From: Massalongia carnosa
Taxonomy: Eukaryota
Assembly (NCBI GenBank): GCA_965645245.1
Contig: OZ287073.1
Coordinates: 186,001 to 250,000 of the forward strand
Length of the DNA stretch: 64,000 bases
Reading direction: 5' to 3'
Of the stretch, positions 23,657-37,000 are shown in pieces (position 1 is the first letter of the stretch; each line of letters opens with the position of its first letter). Position numbers and translations under genes: made by a program. The notes below the pieces were generated by a model that saw nothing but the letters and a program-made list of their open reading frames with translations, searched no databases and was not told the DNA's origin.

Positions 23657-25782
23657 CTAGATCTTCGTCTGTTTGAGTATGTTCATGAGTCCCTTGATTT
23701 GCTCCCTTAGCTCATCCTTTTCCTTCTTTAGCTCATCCATCTGCTCCTTGTTCTCTTTCCTCTGCTGCTCCATCTCCTCCCTTTGCCTTTCCTCCTTCTC
23801 CTTGTTCTCCTCCCTTTGCCTTTCCTCCTTCTCCTTGTTCTCCTCCCTTTGCCTTTCCTCCTTCTCCTTGTTCTCCTCCCTTTGCCGTTCCATCTGCTGA
23901 AGGAGCTTGTCCATCTGCTCCTTTTGCTCTTCGAACAGTTTTTGGGCGCTGGCAGGAAAAACGGGAATCGCGAAACCTTCGGCATCTCGACCCTGCGAGG
24001 GTTGTTGGAAGCCTCGCGAGTCGTCCTCCAAGTTCATCGTACCTGCAGAGAATGATAGCGTAGAGGAGACTGGGAGAGCTGCGATTGCTTTCTGCAGCCG
24101 TTTCAACAGTTTTGAAGCGTGTATCATTAGGATATTGCGAGCAAAATTGTGGAGGGCCAGCAGGTCCCTCTCCTCGTGTGCAATGTCGAATTTCCGAATA
24201 TGATGGCGATAATACGTCCATTTTTCTTCTTCAACCAAGGCATAATGCCCGTAGAGGCGGGCATCTTTTTGATCGTGTGAGATAGAATAGACAACGATCT
24301 TGCCAAGCAAGCTCTCGAATTGCTTGTCCTCTCGGTACTGATCCGCCTTTTGCTCGAGCTTCAGAAGCGCCTTTACCGCCACACTGCAGCTGTGCATGTT
24401 CTGCCGGTCAGCATAGTCAAGTCCCATGTTGCCACACTTGACCTCGCACATCAGGAACGGGAAACACATTTCATTGGTTGGTCGCGTCAAGTTTTCAAAG
24501 GATGTGTAGTTGGTTAATATTTCATTTTCTGATACCGTAAAGGCGGAATGGAGGAAGCCAATGGCCAGGTCAGGTTCAGGCCGAGGTCCTGCCAGAACCC
24601 AACTCCCATGCCACTGCGCTCTAACTTGATCGGTAAAATCTTTGAAAATATTTGCTTCGTCCGTTAGATGTAGTGCTTTGATTGGCGGCAAAATCAGCGT
24701 CGTAACATCTCGGCTTACCATTGCTTCATTTGCATTCTGGCAAAGTTCGATCACCTGGAGTATTTTGTCCTCGGAATAAACAGTAGGAGAGATGGCCACG
24801 CATTCCATATTTCGAAGATCTTGGCAAGCCGCCTTGCTGTCTGGAGAAACAAGTTCTCTGCTTTTGATATAATTCATGTCCAGACCTTGTGTGAAAATGT
24901 ACGATTCGTACGATTTAGTATATTGCTCCGGGACATTTCCATCCTTACGGCTCTGAGAATAGCTCCGGGATTTTTCATCCTTGCTGCTTTGAGAATGATC
25001 CGACGTTCGCGGTCGTTTGTTGGTGTTGTTCGAAGACATTGCATGAGACTCTGCAAAGTTGTCGGGCCAGGTATGGTTCGCGGTCCAATAGCTGATAGGG
25101 TCGTCTTTCTCTTCCTCTTCGCTTTCTGAGGCTTCGTGCCCTTCTTCAGGCCTCTCAAAAATGGGACTGTATGTACTCGTACCTGATTGTTGTGGTGTTT
25201 GCCGTAAGGCCTTGCGCCTTTTCGGAGAGCGATTATTGACTTCCTCCGAGCGCGATTCTGGGGAAACAGCTCTCCTCCTTTTCTTCTCAGATGATTGCTG
25301 GTGTGGGTTGCTTGTTAATGGTGATGGTAGCTGATGATGTTCTTCGTTCTCCCTTGTGAAAGTCTTTCTCTCTAGATCAAAGGGCTGACCCTTAATTTGA
25401 GGGACTAGATCTTCAACTCCTTGTGATCGCTTTCGCTTTTGATCGAGTCTTTGGTCTAGGCCTGAAGGCTTCTCGCAAGTCGGTAAGTCCTGTGAACACT
25501 TTTTTTTACGATTAATTTTCCACGGTAACATTACAACGAATAGAGGACGTACCGAGCTGTGAGTATTGCTTGTTGACAGAGAGGAAAATGAATGCTGCTG
25601 AATGGTTTGGTCTTGGAAGTTCGCTCGCTTCTTTTGAGGTTGATGCTTTGTGATATCTTGAGGGCACTTTTCTGTTCAGAGGTGAGTAAGAGCGAAATGG
25701 ACGAACTATAATGGAACATCTCACGATTCAAAGTTTGCCGCCCTGATTTCTGGGCGTCAGGTTTTCGTTGGTCAGCGGCCAT
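23657..25782 (-). CDS. DUF7924-like protein (predicted PD-(D/E)xK nuclease fold) with C-terminal coiled-coil repeats
   Basis: Three-exon model (intron GTGAGA..ACAG ~25672-25724; intron 25499-25552) gives an open frame; motifs PRPEPDLAIGF, FPFLMCEVKCG, ADRQNMHS, YSISHD, LYGHY. Family name recalled from memory. Confidence 0.72.
23765..23890 (-). repeat. 33-bp coding tandem repeat (ERQREENKEKE x3 plus partial)
   Basis: CTCCTCCCTTTGCCTTTCCTCCTTCTCCTTGTT is repeated; a differently arranged array is at 13675-13870. Confidence 0.85.
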
Positions 25783-26247
25783 GTCGATTGAATTCGAGAG
25801 GGATAGAAGATGGTTTTTATGTTGGAGTACTCCGTAATCGTGCTAGACCACTTTCGGAATGCAGAGAGCACCCCTCAGTGCATTTTCAACATTTTACACC
25901 TCAACTTCAACAATCAACAACATAATGGTCAATTCATATTCATATCGAGGCAGAATTGACAGTGCAATTGACGCGTTACATGATGGTTTGTATACTAGTC
26001 TAACAATTGGAAAGTAGGAATGGGGCCATACTGTGCTTGGTTTGGTCTCAAGATTTATTTCGTACTAGAGATAGAACTTAATATTACGCGTGGCTGGATA
26101 ACCAGTGGCTTGTTCCAAATTGCGTGATGATAATTGGATACTAGAGAATCATGGCTGAGTTGGGCCGCTGACTAAACACCGCAACGCTCCAACCAAGAGC
26201 ATTCCTCCGTGTTTGTTACATCCACAGCTTTACATACTCCCTTCAGC

Positions 26248-27535
26248 ATGTCGAAATCCGATCGAGAGAATTGTCCAGTATCTTCATGTTCTCGATCTTA
26301 TTCTGGTAGTCGATGCAAAGACTGTCTGAGAGAACATCTTCGCGAATTTGGTGCTAAGTGCGGTATCCATAGAGCTTGGTGCTAAGTGCGATATCCATAG
26401 AGCTTATCTGACCATCAACTTCTCTTCGGCAGCGTTAGGAGCATCTTATTGTAGAGTCTGTGGGAAACGATTCCTTCGAAAGTCAACGTGGAAAAGGCAT
26501 GAAGATTCGCGTACGTACATCGAAAGATATCTAATCATTATTAGCCATGCTCATGGGGGTTTTTAAAGATTCCGAGAAAGTCTTCCGTTGCCTACTATGT
26601 CCAAAGACTGTTAACCAAAGGCGTCTTTTGGACCAGCATGTCCGCAGAGCTCATAGGAGAAAGGCCAACATAGTCTCAATCCACTCAAAACAAGCTCTTT
26701 GCGAGCCCCAGGATGATATTATCCCGCCATTAGAGCCTACAACCTGTCCAACCCCATCATATGAAGAAGAGTCTACAGCGTATACGAGATGTCACGAAAG
26801 CTTTATGCCCGATATGTGGCTTCAGCCCAGCGAGCCGCACGATACTGTGCCATTGAATAACCTCAGACACGTCTTCGGATCGTGGGGTTTAAGTGATTTA
26901 TTAGACTCGAGCAGTAGTATGACACTAGTTGGGAAGCACTCCCTTCAACAACCTGACGACTCTTCTGTGTTTCTTACAGGTGGGGGTCAGACGAGGCGTG
27001 ACATGACCGATTCTTTATTCTGCAGATGGGATGCAGCTATCGATTACAACGCGGTACCCCAGGTAGGGGCAATTTGAACGATGGGAAGTCATCCCGATTG
27101 TTTGAACAAACAGTTACTTTGGAGCCAATCATACGCGATGATCAGTCGCAACTGAATCATTCGTTCTCTGATCAACAGCCACTTTATAGCTCAATGGCTT
27201 TTTCGAGTATAACTCATCCTGGAGCTTCGATAAACTCCCTCTTCTGTACATGGGAGGCAGGTATTGAAACGAATGTGCTGCCTCATTACATAAACACTGC
27301 GAACCAGGAGGAATATTCTGAACCCTCTTCCCTTCCACCGCCTTCTTCCGAGATTGCTACGGATTGTGCTCTATCAAATTATGTGGACTTTGAGGCGAGA
27401 ATGCTCCTTGACTATTCCACGACACATGCAAAGCCTCATATGAGTACGCTACAAGCGGATTATGGCTCAATAGCTTCCTTGTTCTGCGCATCCTCATGCA
27501 GATACCCATATATCTTGTTGACAAGGACCTCATAG
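26248..27535 (+). pseudogene. C2H2 zinc-finger protein, frameshifted
   Basis: CPVSSC...LREH, YCRVCGKRFLRKSTWKRHEDS, FRCLLCPKTVNQRRLLDQHVRRAH; a 28-bp tandem duplication at 26348-26403 shifts the frame; second shift near 27065. Confidence 0.7.
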
Positions 27536-28479
27536 CCCTGTGATTTCAGTTTCAAAGCGAGTTGCCGTAGCCGTGATCTCTGACAAAAGCGCAAGCCATG
27601 AGGCGAAGATTTCTGATCTGGCGTGAATGGAACTCGAAAGGTGAGTGCAGTCGTGTCGATCTCTATATCCCATCTCCAGAGCTAACCAGTGGTTATAATG
27701 CCATTTGGGGAAAGCGTAACTGACGAATCGACAGTGTTTGATGAAAGCGAGTTCATTTTCTTTGACAGGAGGATCAAAATTGTCCAGTGAACAATTTCTC
27801 AGATATTTCAATATGTTACTAGAGAGCAACCTTTTATGCGAAATTTTGTACCTTTTTTAAAATATCTCATTACAAATACTATGACGACGCTGCCATTCCC
27901 TCTCGGTTTTCTGAAGGTACGCCAAACAAAATCGAGTAGATTCACTGCAGAATAAGGATGCTGCAAATAGGCACGCAAATAAGCAAGAAGATGTCTATAA
28001 TGAGGTGCGATAGGAAAGTCATCTACAATAGATGGAGCGTTAGTTGGTTTTTTCTATCTTTTTGTAATAAATTCGCCTTTTCTCGTAGAAATCAATGTCT
28101 ACTACCATGCTCCTCTGCCATTTTATCCGCATTCTTGGGCCAGTGCATTTATCCCCAATATATCTAAAGCTGTCGTAAAACAGAAATCTCAACCTCATCG
28201 ACAATCAGATTTATCCCTAGATACATAAGTCTGTACTAGGCCTCCTGGGAGAATGAGCTCGAGAGACACCTAAGAATCCAATAGCGAGCCTTGAGAAAGA
28301 GTAGCGGTTTTGGGCCTCTCGTCGCGACGACTTAGATAATTCCTCGACATCTTGTGACACTTTTTAACACCATAACACCGTTGATCCTCCTCTCTTTCTC
28401 AAATACTCACTCTACTACTACCTGATCATCTTAACTCTCCTAGAAAGATTCTAATGAGGATTTCTTCCACTGCAGAGAC

Positions 28480-28720
28480 TGTTGCTAAAGCGGCAGAGAC
28501 AAGAAAGAGGATATTGAGGCCGGAGCATCCTTCCACGCTGAGCAACATGGCCAAACTGGCATTGACCTACTGAAATCAAGGACGGTGAAAGGAGGCTGAG
28601 GAGCTAGAGGTACAAGTGATGAAGACAGGCTCGGGGATACTGGGAGAGGAGCATCTAGACACTCAAATCAGTATAGTCAACCTGGATTGGCATACACGAA
28701 TCAAGGACGGTGAAAGGAGG
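28480..28720 (+). pseudogene. Remnant of NLR-type (kinesin-light-chain-like) TPR repeats
   Basis: ETRKRILRPEHPSTLSNMAKLALTY*NQGR*KEAEELEVQVMKT...LGEEHLDT. Confidence 0.75.
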
Positions 28721-31700
28721 CCGACTGCAAGCATTATCAATGGTTTTCTCAAATCGATTTTCGGTTGAAATTTTATCCGAGTTAAACATATTAAGCTGTG
28801 CTTAGGTCCGTAGCTCAAATGAAATGATGACATCCAAAGTCGAGCGAGCGAGGCGACAAGCACAATCAGATCGTGCTAAGAAGCGGCATAATCAGGAACT
28901 ACTCAAGCAAGCACTGGTTAGCTGGATCCTTCGACAGAACGCTGAAGCAAAAAGCCGACAAGAAGCTATGTCGTGGGAAAACATTGAATAGAAACATGCG
29001 CTTCTTGATGGAATTTCTAGGTTGTTATTATGTATCACATCCTCTAGATTTATACCGTCTTTTCTTTTTAACCTAAAGGTTTCAGTCTCTTCATCATTCC
29101 TAGATAATAATCGAAGCTTGGCACTTACCCAGTGATCGACACCTCCCCCGACCTGCCACCAGGAGTGGGCACGCTGACGCTACTCATTATCATTCTCGCT
29201 CCCACTTTTTCTAATGCTTTTCTGCTGCTTTTATAGACTCCGATTATGGGTCACGAGACTCCTGAACGGGAAAGACATCTTAGACGTAGTGCTGTGAGCG
29301 GATGAGATCAATGCAAGCCGATAAAAAATGGCACTGCAGAGTGGCACAGAATCCTCAAAAGCTTCATAACTAATCCTCAAGCATTAGATCGATCCATCCC
29401 CGTTAGCCTCTATAACCTCACCAAACCCTTCACCCCTCCCTCACATACTGCTCGCCTCCTTTCTCTCTAACCTCCCCATCCCCTCCCCTTTCCTATTCGT
29501 CCGATCCGTTCGCCTCATGATCTATATCCTCCTCCCACATCTGTATCTGATCATCCCATGGATTCTGACGCGCCCAAGTCTCTTCCCATTGTCGAGGCGT
29601 CCATAGCTGATCCAGTACCGCGCGTCGATGCGGTGGAAAGGTCGCTTCACGCCATTCGAATAATCTGGCTCGAAAACGCGCGCCTTGTTCCGGAGCGATC
29701 AAATTGGCCCATTGTGTGTCTGCATGGGCCCATTGTCCTACTGCCACTTCCCATACAAGGGAGAACTGTTTCAACATGCCGGCTTTTTGTTGATGGACAC
29801 TAGGCAAAATTGGCATTTACGGAATTGGCCTCCCCATTATTTCCTGCCCTATTATGGGTAAGCATAACGAACCATTTTTTGATGATATAAATTGCCACTA
29901 CATCGAGCCTTGATCACGAAAAGCACAATCTCATTCGCTACAAGATTCAAGCGCTTTGCAAAGCGTGCCTCCTGCGCAAATATGGGATTGCCCATGATTC
30001 GCAGGGCCATTCTATTCTCAATAATAACGATTTCGTTTTTGATCGATCGCCCTATCATGTTAGTGTTACTTCAGTCAGGAAGGGTTGTCAAAAAAAAAGC
30101 AAAGGCTTGCTTGAATTATTGACCAAAGACGGAGCTTACTCTTCTTGTATAATCAAATACTGTCCCAGTTCTTCCCATAATCATAGCATGTCATTGATAT
30201 TAGTTGGAGATGAATAATCAATTTAATAAAAAGAATCCATGATTGATGATGATGAGGATTGATTCAGAAGATTATATTGTAGACCTTTCTGGTTGATATC
30301 AGAAAAACGTATTATTGAAATCAACAAACTTTCTGCTGTAAATCGCCAGGATTCGCTTTATTATCGCGAGAGATCTTGAGTGTTGAGACTGTGGTGAAAA
30401 TATGATGGCGCAAGAAAGAAAGCCTTGTAAATGGTTTCCCAATATATTTAGATGCTAGCAACGAAGGGGGAAGCAAGACGTCAACAGAAATAAACAGGAA
30501 AGCAATAATTCCGGGCGTCGATGTGACACAAATTAACCGCAGTCCAATGTAGACCATATGCCGATATGCCCATTTATTTCTGCGCAATTAGCTGAAATAT
30601 TCAGTGACATCTGGAACAAGGTCAAAAATGGACCACAGGACAGGTCGCTATTATGATTTGTATCTAAGCATAATGAGCATAACACATGAGCAATAGGCCG
30701 AATGATATTATAAGTATAGAGATCTCCGAGATCGAGAATTACGTGTGCTATTGTGTAGACTGTCAAAGAAACGAGAAATTGACATATGAGATAAATAATC
30801 AAAATCAAGATATTTTCTCCGCTCTTACTTCGCAGTAAGAGGTTGCATCGATTTGTGTAACAGTATAGCGTAGCATCTACGGAAGGTCTCTCACTACTCC
30901 GCAGAACTTGATCTCGCCATTGACCATTCTCCTCTGAATGGAGATGACACGTCTCTAGTGATCTATTCATCCACAGTAGTGCATCATACGATACCCCAAC
31001 GCTCAAAGGATCAAGAAGGCAGAAAATCCGAAAGCTCAAGCATTTGAGGCTCATGTGTCCCTAGGGAATTTTGGGTCAGCTCTGGGTAATGCCCACATCC
31101 CTTCCGCAAAGAACTTGGTGTTCGGAAACCTTGAGCCACTCACTCACGGCAACTTTATCGACGTCAAAAATGGTCGGCGCTCGCAGATGGGATGATGTTG
31201 GATGGTGATTATGCGGCTGCTCCAATAGCAGTTTAACACGGAGTCTCTGACGGAAGACAACAACCTTTCGGCCACCTCCTAGGCCCAAGGTAGTGCAAAG
31301 ATCCTCATCCCTATCGCTAACCCTAAATGCCTGAATTGCTGCAAGGTCGGGAACTTTGATTCGAGTTAGCCTTCGTGGCACAGTATTGGGGGATGACCAC
31401 AGGACATGCCTCTTCACAGAAGGCATAGTTCGCTAAAAGAGAGGAAGTGGATGTGTTTACTGAATGTGCTTGTCCTTGAACACGGATTGCTCGTAAAGAC
31501 GTTATATTGCTTGTAAGCGTGCGTCTTGATATCTTGAAGCCGCTTTCCTAATGATGGTCAACTCAAGCACACTGAACATGAACCACGGTATGCCCACTTT
31601 TCCTGACGTCTGGCTTTGCTTGACCGCGAGTCATGTGGATTGGAAGAAGAGGATAAGAGATAGGTTTATGGAGCCGCTGGCTTGAAATAAGACAGATGGT

Positions 31701-31949
31701 TGTCAACAGAAGATGGTGTGGCCGAGGCGAGAAAGTGTTGGCATGATGTGTGATGCTCAATTAGGGACCAGTTACGCGCCCCACGGCAGCTTATTGGCAG
31801 AGCAAAATTTGTGATCATCACTTGTTGTCGACGATAGGGATTAGTCGAGGATGCATGACTTGTACACGCCAACAATCAAGTCCTACCCCTCCTTCCAATG
31901 CATGTATCCTGAATCCTTTCTATTTTATTCCGCTAATGGAATATCCAAA

Positions 31950-32390
31950 CCTCATTTTCACGTTGAGGCTAATCGCGATCGAGCGGTGTCTCCAAAATCA
32001 GGAATGACAGGATGTCCGGGGGAGAAATGATTCGAAAAAAGAGAAGTGTTCTATTCTTAAAGATACGCAGCTTCATTTCTAGCTCAACGCCATCGACCTT
32101 TTCATCTGTAAGAGCCTTGACCATAGTTAGCTCTTCCTCCGTCGCTAGCTTCATGATAATCTGTTGCCCAGTTTCTGTATGCTCCTTGCTGATGAATTCC
32201 CAGGCCACCTTGAAGAACTTCTCACTCTGCGCGACTTGAAACTGCGTATTCTGTCTTGATATAAGGAATATCCACTCTCGGAAACCAGTTTCGAGTTCGG
32301 TCTGCGGTCGTGATCTAGCGGTAGACTGTGATGATTTTGTATTAACGCTATTCTTGCTCATCACAGCTTCGTGCGAGAACTTGCACTACT
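31950..32390 (-). pseudogene. Possible N-terminal remnant of an NFX1/ZNFX1-type zinc-finger helicase gene
   Basis: CKFSHE (CCCH tail), FREW, FFKVAWE, QQIIMKLATEEEL, LLFFRIISPPDILSFLILE resemble N-termini of fungal NFX1-type helicases; helicase core not seen. Confidence 0.45.
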
Positions 32391-32877
32391 ATCATTTAAA
32401 GCAAGGCAAAGCTATAGGAAGCACGAAAGATTATCACTAGAGGCAATGCTATGGTAAAGCTCTCTTCTAGTAGTGCAAGGCTCTTACGGGGTTAGTTAGT
32501 GTCTTTGCATTTCAGTGTGTGCTGTCAACAGAGAATTCTTATCTTTTTGACCAGATACGGTTTAGCTAGAATCCAGCGGAGTATTCAAGGATTTGATTCA
32601 TCTTTCTTCTTCATTTAGCATCAGCACTTGTTATTAATAGACTTCATCATTTAATCCTCCGGTGACCAAAAGTTCTTTTCCAACCCTCCTTCATGAGATC
32701 CTTTTCCGAAACCCCCCCCCAATCTTTAAAATCCTGAGCGTCGTAAATGAAACATTTCATAGACTCATCCGTGTTTTACGAAAAATTTTACACTCAATAT
32801 AACGGAGACAAGCGTCTCGCGAATGAAGCTTTTCATAAAAGTTAAAGTTAAATATTATTGCTAAAGGGGGTGAGGAT

Positions 32878-33066
32878 TAGTAGGGCTTTAAAAAGGGTAG
32901 GGAGTGAAAGAGAGTAGGGACTGGAAGGGAGTAGGAATTCAAAAATCATAGGAACTGGAAGAGAGTAGCGACTGAAAGGGAGTAGGGACTGGAAGTGGGT
33001 AGGAATTAGACGAGTGTAGGGACTGAAAGGGAGTAGTGATTGAAAAGGAATATGGACTAAAAAGCC
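32878..33066 (+). repeat. Degenerate 17-bp G/A-rich minisatellite (~11 units, consensus AGTAGGGACTGAAAGGG)
   Basis: Tandem units directly visible; related partial copy at 39560-39646. Confidence 0.8.
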
Positions 33067-33102
33067 CCAGTCATTTCAAAGCCTTAGGCGTGTTTCTTGG
33101 CT

Positions 33103-33220
33103 AGGGACTTTATTTCCCCAGAGCTTTTATTCTCCCAGGGCTTTCGTTTCCCTACTCTTTTCGTTTCCCGAGATAATGAAAGCCCTGGGAGAATAAAAGC
33201 CCTGGGGAAATAAAGTCCCT
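33103..33220. repeat. 43-bp inverted repeat (one mismatch) with 32-bp spacer
   Basis: AGGGACTTTATTTCCCCAGAGCTTTTATTCTCCCAGGGCTTTC (33103-33145) vs GAAAGCCCTGGGAGAATAAAAGCCCTGGGGAAATAAAGTCCCT (33178-33220). Confidence 0.9.
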
Positions 33221-33714
33221 GAGGGGACAAAAGCCCTGGGGGAATAAAGTTCGTAAGGAGACATAACTCGTGGGATCAAACTCGTAGAATGAAATTCTTA
33301 AAATACACACCAAAATTAAAGCAAAAATCTAGATTAATCTAATTGCACTCCACGCCTCTTTAATTACTGATTGCCTTTCCTTTTCACTCGCTTTTTCCAA
33401 GTCGGTTCTTTTCTTCGCCAACCAGCCTACGGATGTCTTGATCAGAAAAGTCAACAGTGCTCTTGAAGCAGCTAAGGCGTCAAATCCCACCTATGAAGTA
33501 TTCCAGGGAACTTGTGTCGCGATCCGAATCTACGCCGACAAGACTGAATCCGCTTACATCAACAGCCTGGCCGAACATCGATACCGCGAGACAACAGCGC
33601 GTGCGAAAGAAGACGAAAAGATGTATCTCGCTGAAGTCGTGGACGCACCTCATACTTCTTTCCATCATCGTCGATAAGGGATGCTCTTCCATTCCGAAAG
33701 TGGTTTAGCACGAT

Positions 33715-33816
33715 TAGGGTAACTATTAGTAGCAATAAACACGTCATACGATTTAAACCGAAAAGAGTTTAATGTGCTGTTGGCAGTTGCATTACTAGCT
33801 TGTACGCACCCTGGAT
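33715..33816. mobile_element. MULE subterminal fragment
   Basis: ~100 bp nearly identical to 17512-17612 of the MULE. Confidence 0.88.
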
Positions 33817-34009
33817 GACAGTACGTAGTAACTGTTTAAGCATCTCGTTAAGCCTGGGCTTGACGTTTTCAGCCTTATATGGATATCATTCAGCCGCGCA
33901 ACAATAACAGCTTGACTGATGCTTTCTATACCACTCATTTCCAAAGCCAGCCTCTGCACATTCCTACCAGGCTAGTTGTATAAGTCGCAGAAAGCTAGGA
34001 CCTTCTATC

Positions 34010-37000
34010 ATGCCAGATAAAGATTTATGCCTATTATCTCTTGATGGCGGTGGAGTGCGAGGGCTATCGTCACTCGCAATCCTCAAGCGACTGATGGAGA
34101 TCATCAATCCGGATGCGCCGCCGAAGCCATGCGAGTATTTCAACATGATCGGAGGGACAAGTACCGGTGGATTGATTGCTATCATGCTAGGTCGTCTTGA
34201 GATGAATATCGATGAATGTATTGATGCCTATGTCGCATTGTTCGATCAAGTGTTTAAAAAAAAGCGGCATCGTGTCACAATAAACGGACACGTGCAGGGG
34301 AGATTCGACACGGAAGAGCTGGAACGGTCGATTCGAGAAATCGTAAAGCGGAAGGAGAAGGCAGGGGAAAATGCTCTCCTCAAAGGATCAGAGAATCAGC
34401 AATGCAAGGTGTTAGTGCTTCGGAAGTTGCATTTACACGTATAATTCTAGTGATACTAATGAAAGCTAGATTTGTATGCGCTCTGAGCAAAGAGACTGCC
34501 GACACAGTCCTTTTCACATCGTATCCTTCTCGAGGATCATCAGATATGTACCATAAGACACGAATTTGGGAGGCAGCTCGAGCCACATCTGCCGCATCAT
34601 CCTTCTTTGATCCAGTAAAAATTGGCCAGTTTGAAGAAGAGTTTGTCGATGGGGCTGTGGGGGCTAACAATCCTGTCGCACATCTTTGGAACGAGGCCAA
34701 AAGTGTGTGGTCAGATGAAGCGCTTGAGGGAAACATCAAATGCCTGATATCTATCGGTACCGGTGTTCCATCCTTGGATTCTTATGGCTCAAGCCTCTTC
34801 GAGATTGCAAAAACGTTGAAAGACATTGCAACAGAGACAGAAAAAACAGCGGAGTCTTTTCATCGAGCGCATTCCGATCTCGACGATGGGAATCGCTACT
34901 TTCGTTTCAATGTTTCTCATGGGCTTGAGAGTATTGGACTCGAAGATGCAGCACAGAAGAACAAGATCATGGCCGCCACAACCCGCTATGTGGCTTTGGA
35001 AAGCGTGATGAAACAAATGAAGCTTTGTGGAAAGAATCTTTCAACACGAGAATGTGCGTCAATGTTTGCTTGATAATTCTTGAGTTACTAAATCCTTGAA
35101 TAGACAGTGGCTCATATAAAGTGCCGTTCAGTTTGAAAGGCTTACCCCGTGTACCCAAATTCATAGCTCGTGATCAGGAAATGAATGACCTTAAGAATAC
35201 CCTTTTTCCCAAGCCAACTCGTGAGACTCGCCGGAAGGTGTTCGTTTTACACGGACTAGGCGGCTCCGGCAAGACTCAGCTAGCAATCGAGTTCGCTCAA
35301 AGATCGCAGAAGATTTTCAGTTCTATTTTTTGGCTAAACGGCGATAGTAAGGAAAGTGTAAGTCAAAGTCTTGCACAGATTGCTCGGCAATTACCCCCAG
35401 ATCAGATTCCGGATTCATGTAGAAAATTCTCTAAAACATCCCCTGAAGAGCTAGATGAAATCATTAGCAATATTCTTATTTGGTTCAGTCAACATGAAAA
35501 CAATCAATGGCTTCTCATTTTCGATAATGTCGATCGTGATAGTTCCCTTGAGGTAAATGATCCTCAATCATATGATGTGGAAGATTTTTTCCCGGAAGCC
35601 GATCATGGCTCTATTTTAATCACAAGCCGATTACGACAGCTTCGACAACACGGGCAGGACCGGCAACTTGGAAGGATGAGCGATCTACAAGGAGTAGAAG
35701 TATTACGATGCAGGATAGGACGATCAGTTGAAGGTAATGACATTCGAGCAACAGTCTTAATCCAATTTACTAAGCATTATATAGGCCTTGATAGAATCGT
35801 CGAGAAAGTGGGTGGTCTCCCACTTGCACTTGCTCATGCAGGCTCCTATATCCACGGAACAACTACAAGTGTGAACGACTATATTCGATACTATGAAGAG
35901 ACTTGGGAGAAGCTTCACAACAACAAAACGACCCGATTAAAAGATTATCCTCGTAGCATTTTATCTACGTACACCATTTCCTATGAATATGTGCAACGCA
36001 ATGACGCGAGCGCTGCAAAATTGCTTAATCTGTTTGCATATCTCGATCATTCAGATTTATGGTATTCTTTATTCGCACCTATACTTGATGAAGACGAGAG
36101 CATTATCCCAAAAGAGACATTACCTATCTGGTTTTTATGTAGCATGAAGACGGAATTTGATTTTACACAGAAGATTCAAATACTGCTGGATTACTCCTTG
36201 ATAGAAACACGATATGAGATCTTATCTTATGCGATTCATCCAATTATACATGACTGGTGTTTTCACATGAATCTAACCTCTAACGACGAGATAGCTTCTT
36301 TAGCAGTTTCTGTAATCGGTTCCGCATGTCATTCCACTGACAGTTCAGCAAACTGGCTGCATCGAAAACGACTGGCTGGTCATTGTAGTTATGTTCACTT
36401 CTGGATTGGAAAAAAACATCAAAACCTCGAAAGGAATATGAGATGGGAACAGGTACTATATCCTTCGTATCATGCTATTGGCTATTTTTCAAACGAACAA
36501 GGCAAGCTGAGCGAGGCCGAAGAGATGTATCTGCGGGCATTGACAGGATACGAAAAGGCCTGGGGTCCTGATCACACATCAACGCTCGCCACAGTCAACA
36601 ATCTAGGAAGTCTGTATAATAATCAAGGCAAGATGAACGAGGCCGAAGAGATGTATCTGCGGGCATTGACAGGATACGAAAAGGCCTGGGGTCCTGATCA
36701 CACATCAACGCTCGACACAGTCAACAATCTAGGGCTTTTGTATAAAGATCAAGGCAAGATGAACGAGGCCGAAGAGATGTATCTGCGGGCATTGACAGGA
36801 TACGAAAAGGCCTGGGGTCCTGATCACACATCAACGCTCAACACAGTCAACAATCTAGGGCTTTTGTATGTAGATCAAGGCAAGATGAACGAGGCCGAAG
36901 AGATGTATCTGCGGGCATTGACAGGATACGAAAAGGCCTGGGGTCCTGATCACACATCAACGCTCGACACAGTCAACAATCTAGGAAGTCTGTATGCAGA

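Noticed and set aside
27530..27950. Possible NACHT C-terminal remnant on the minus strand
   Set aside because: Resemblance too weak; no diagnostic motif.
29493..30240. Small Trp-rich ORFs
   Set aside because: No recognisable domain or reliable gene model.
33438..33677. Short ORF upstream of the patatin-NLR as a possible partner gene
   Set aside because: No recognisable family, and it is cut off by a MULE fragment.
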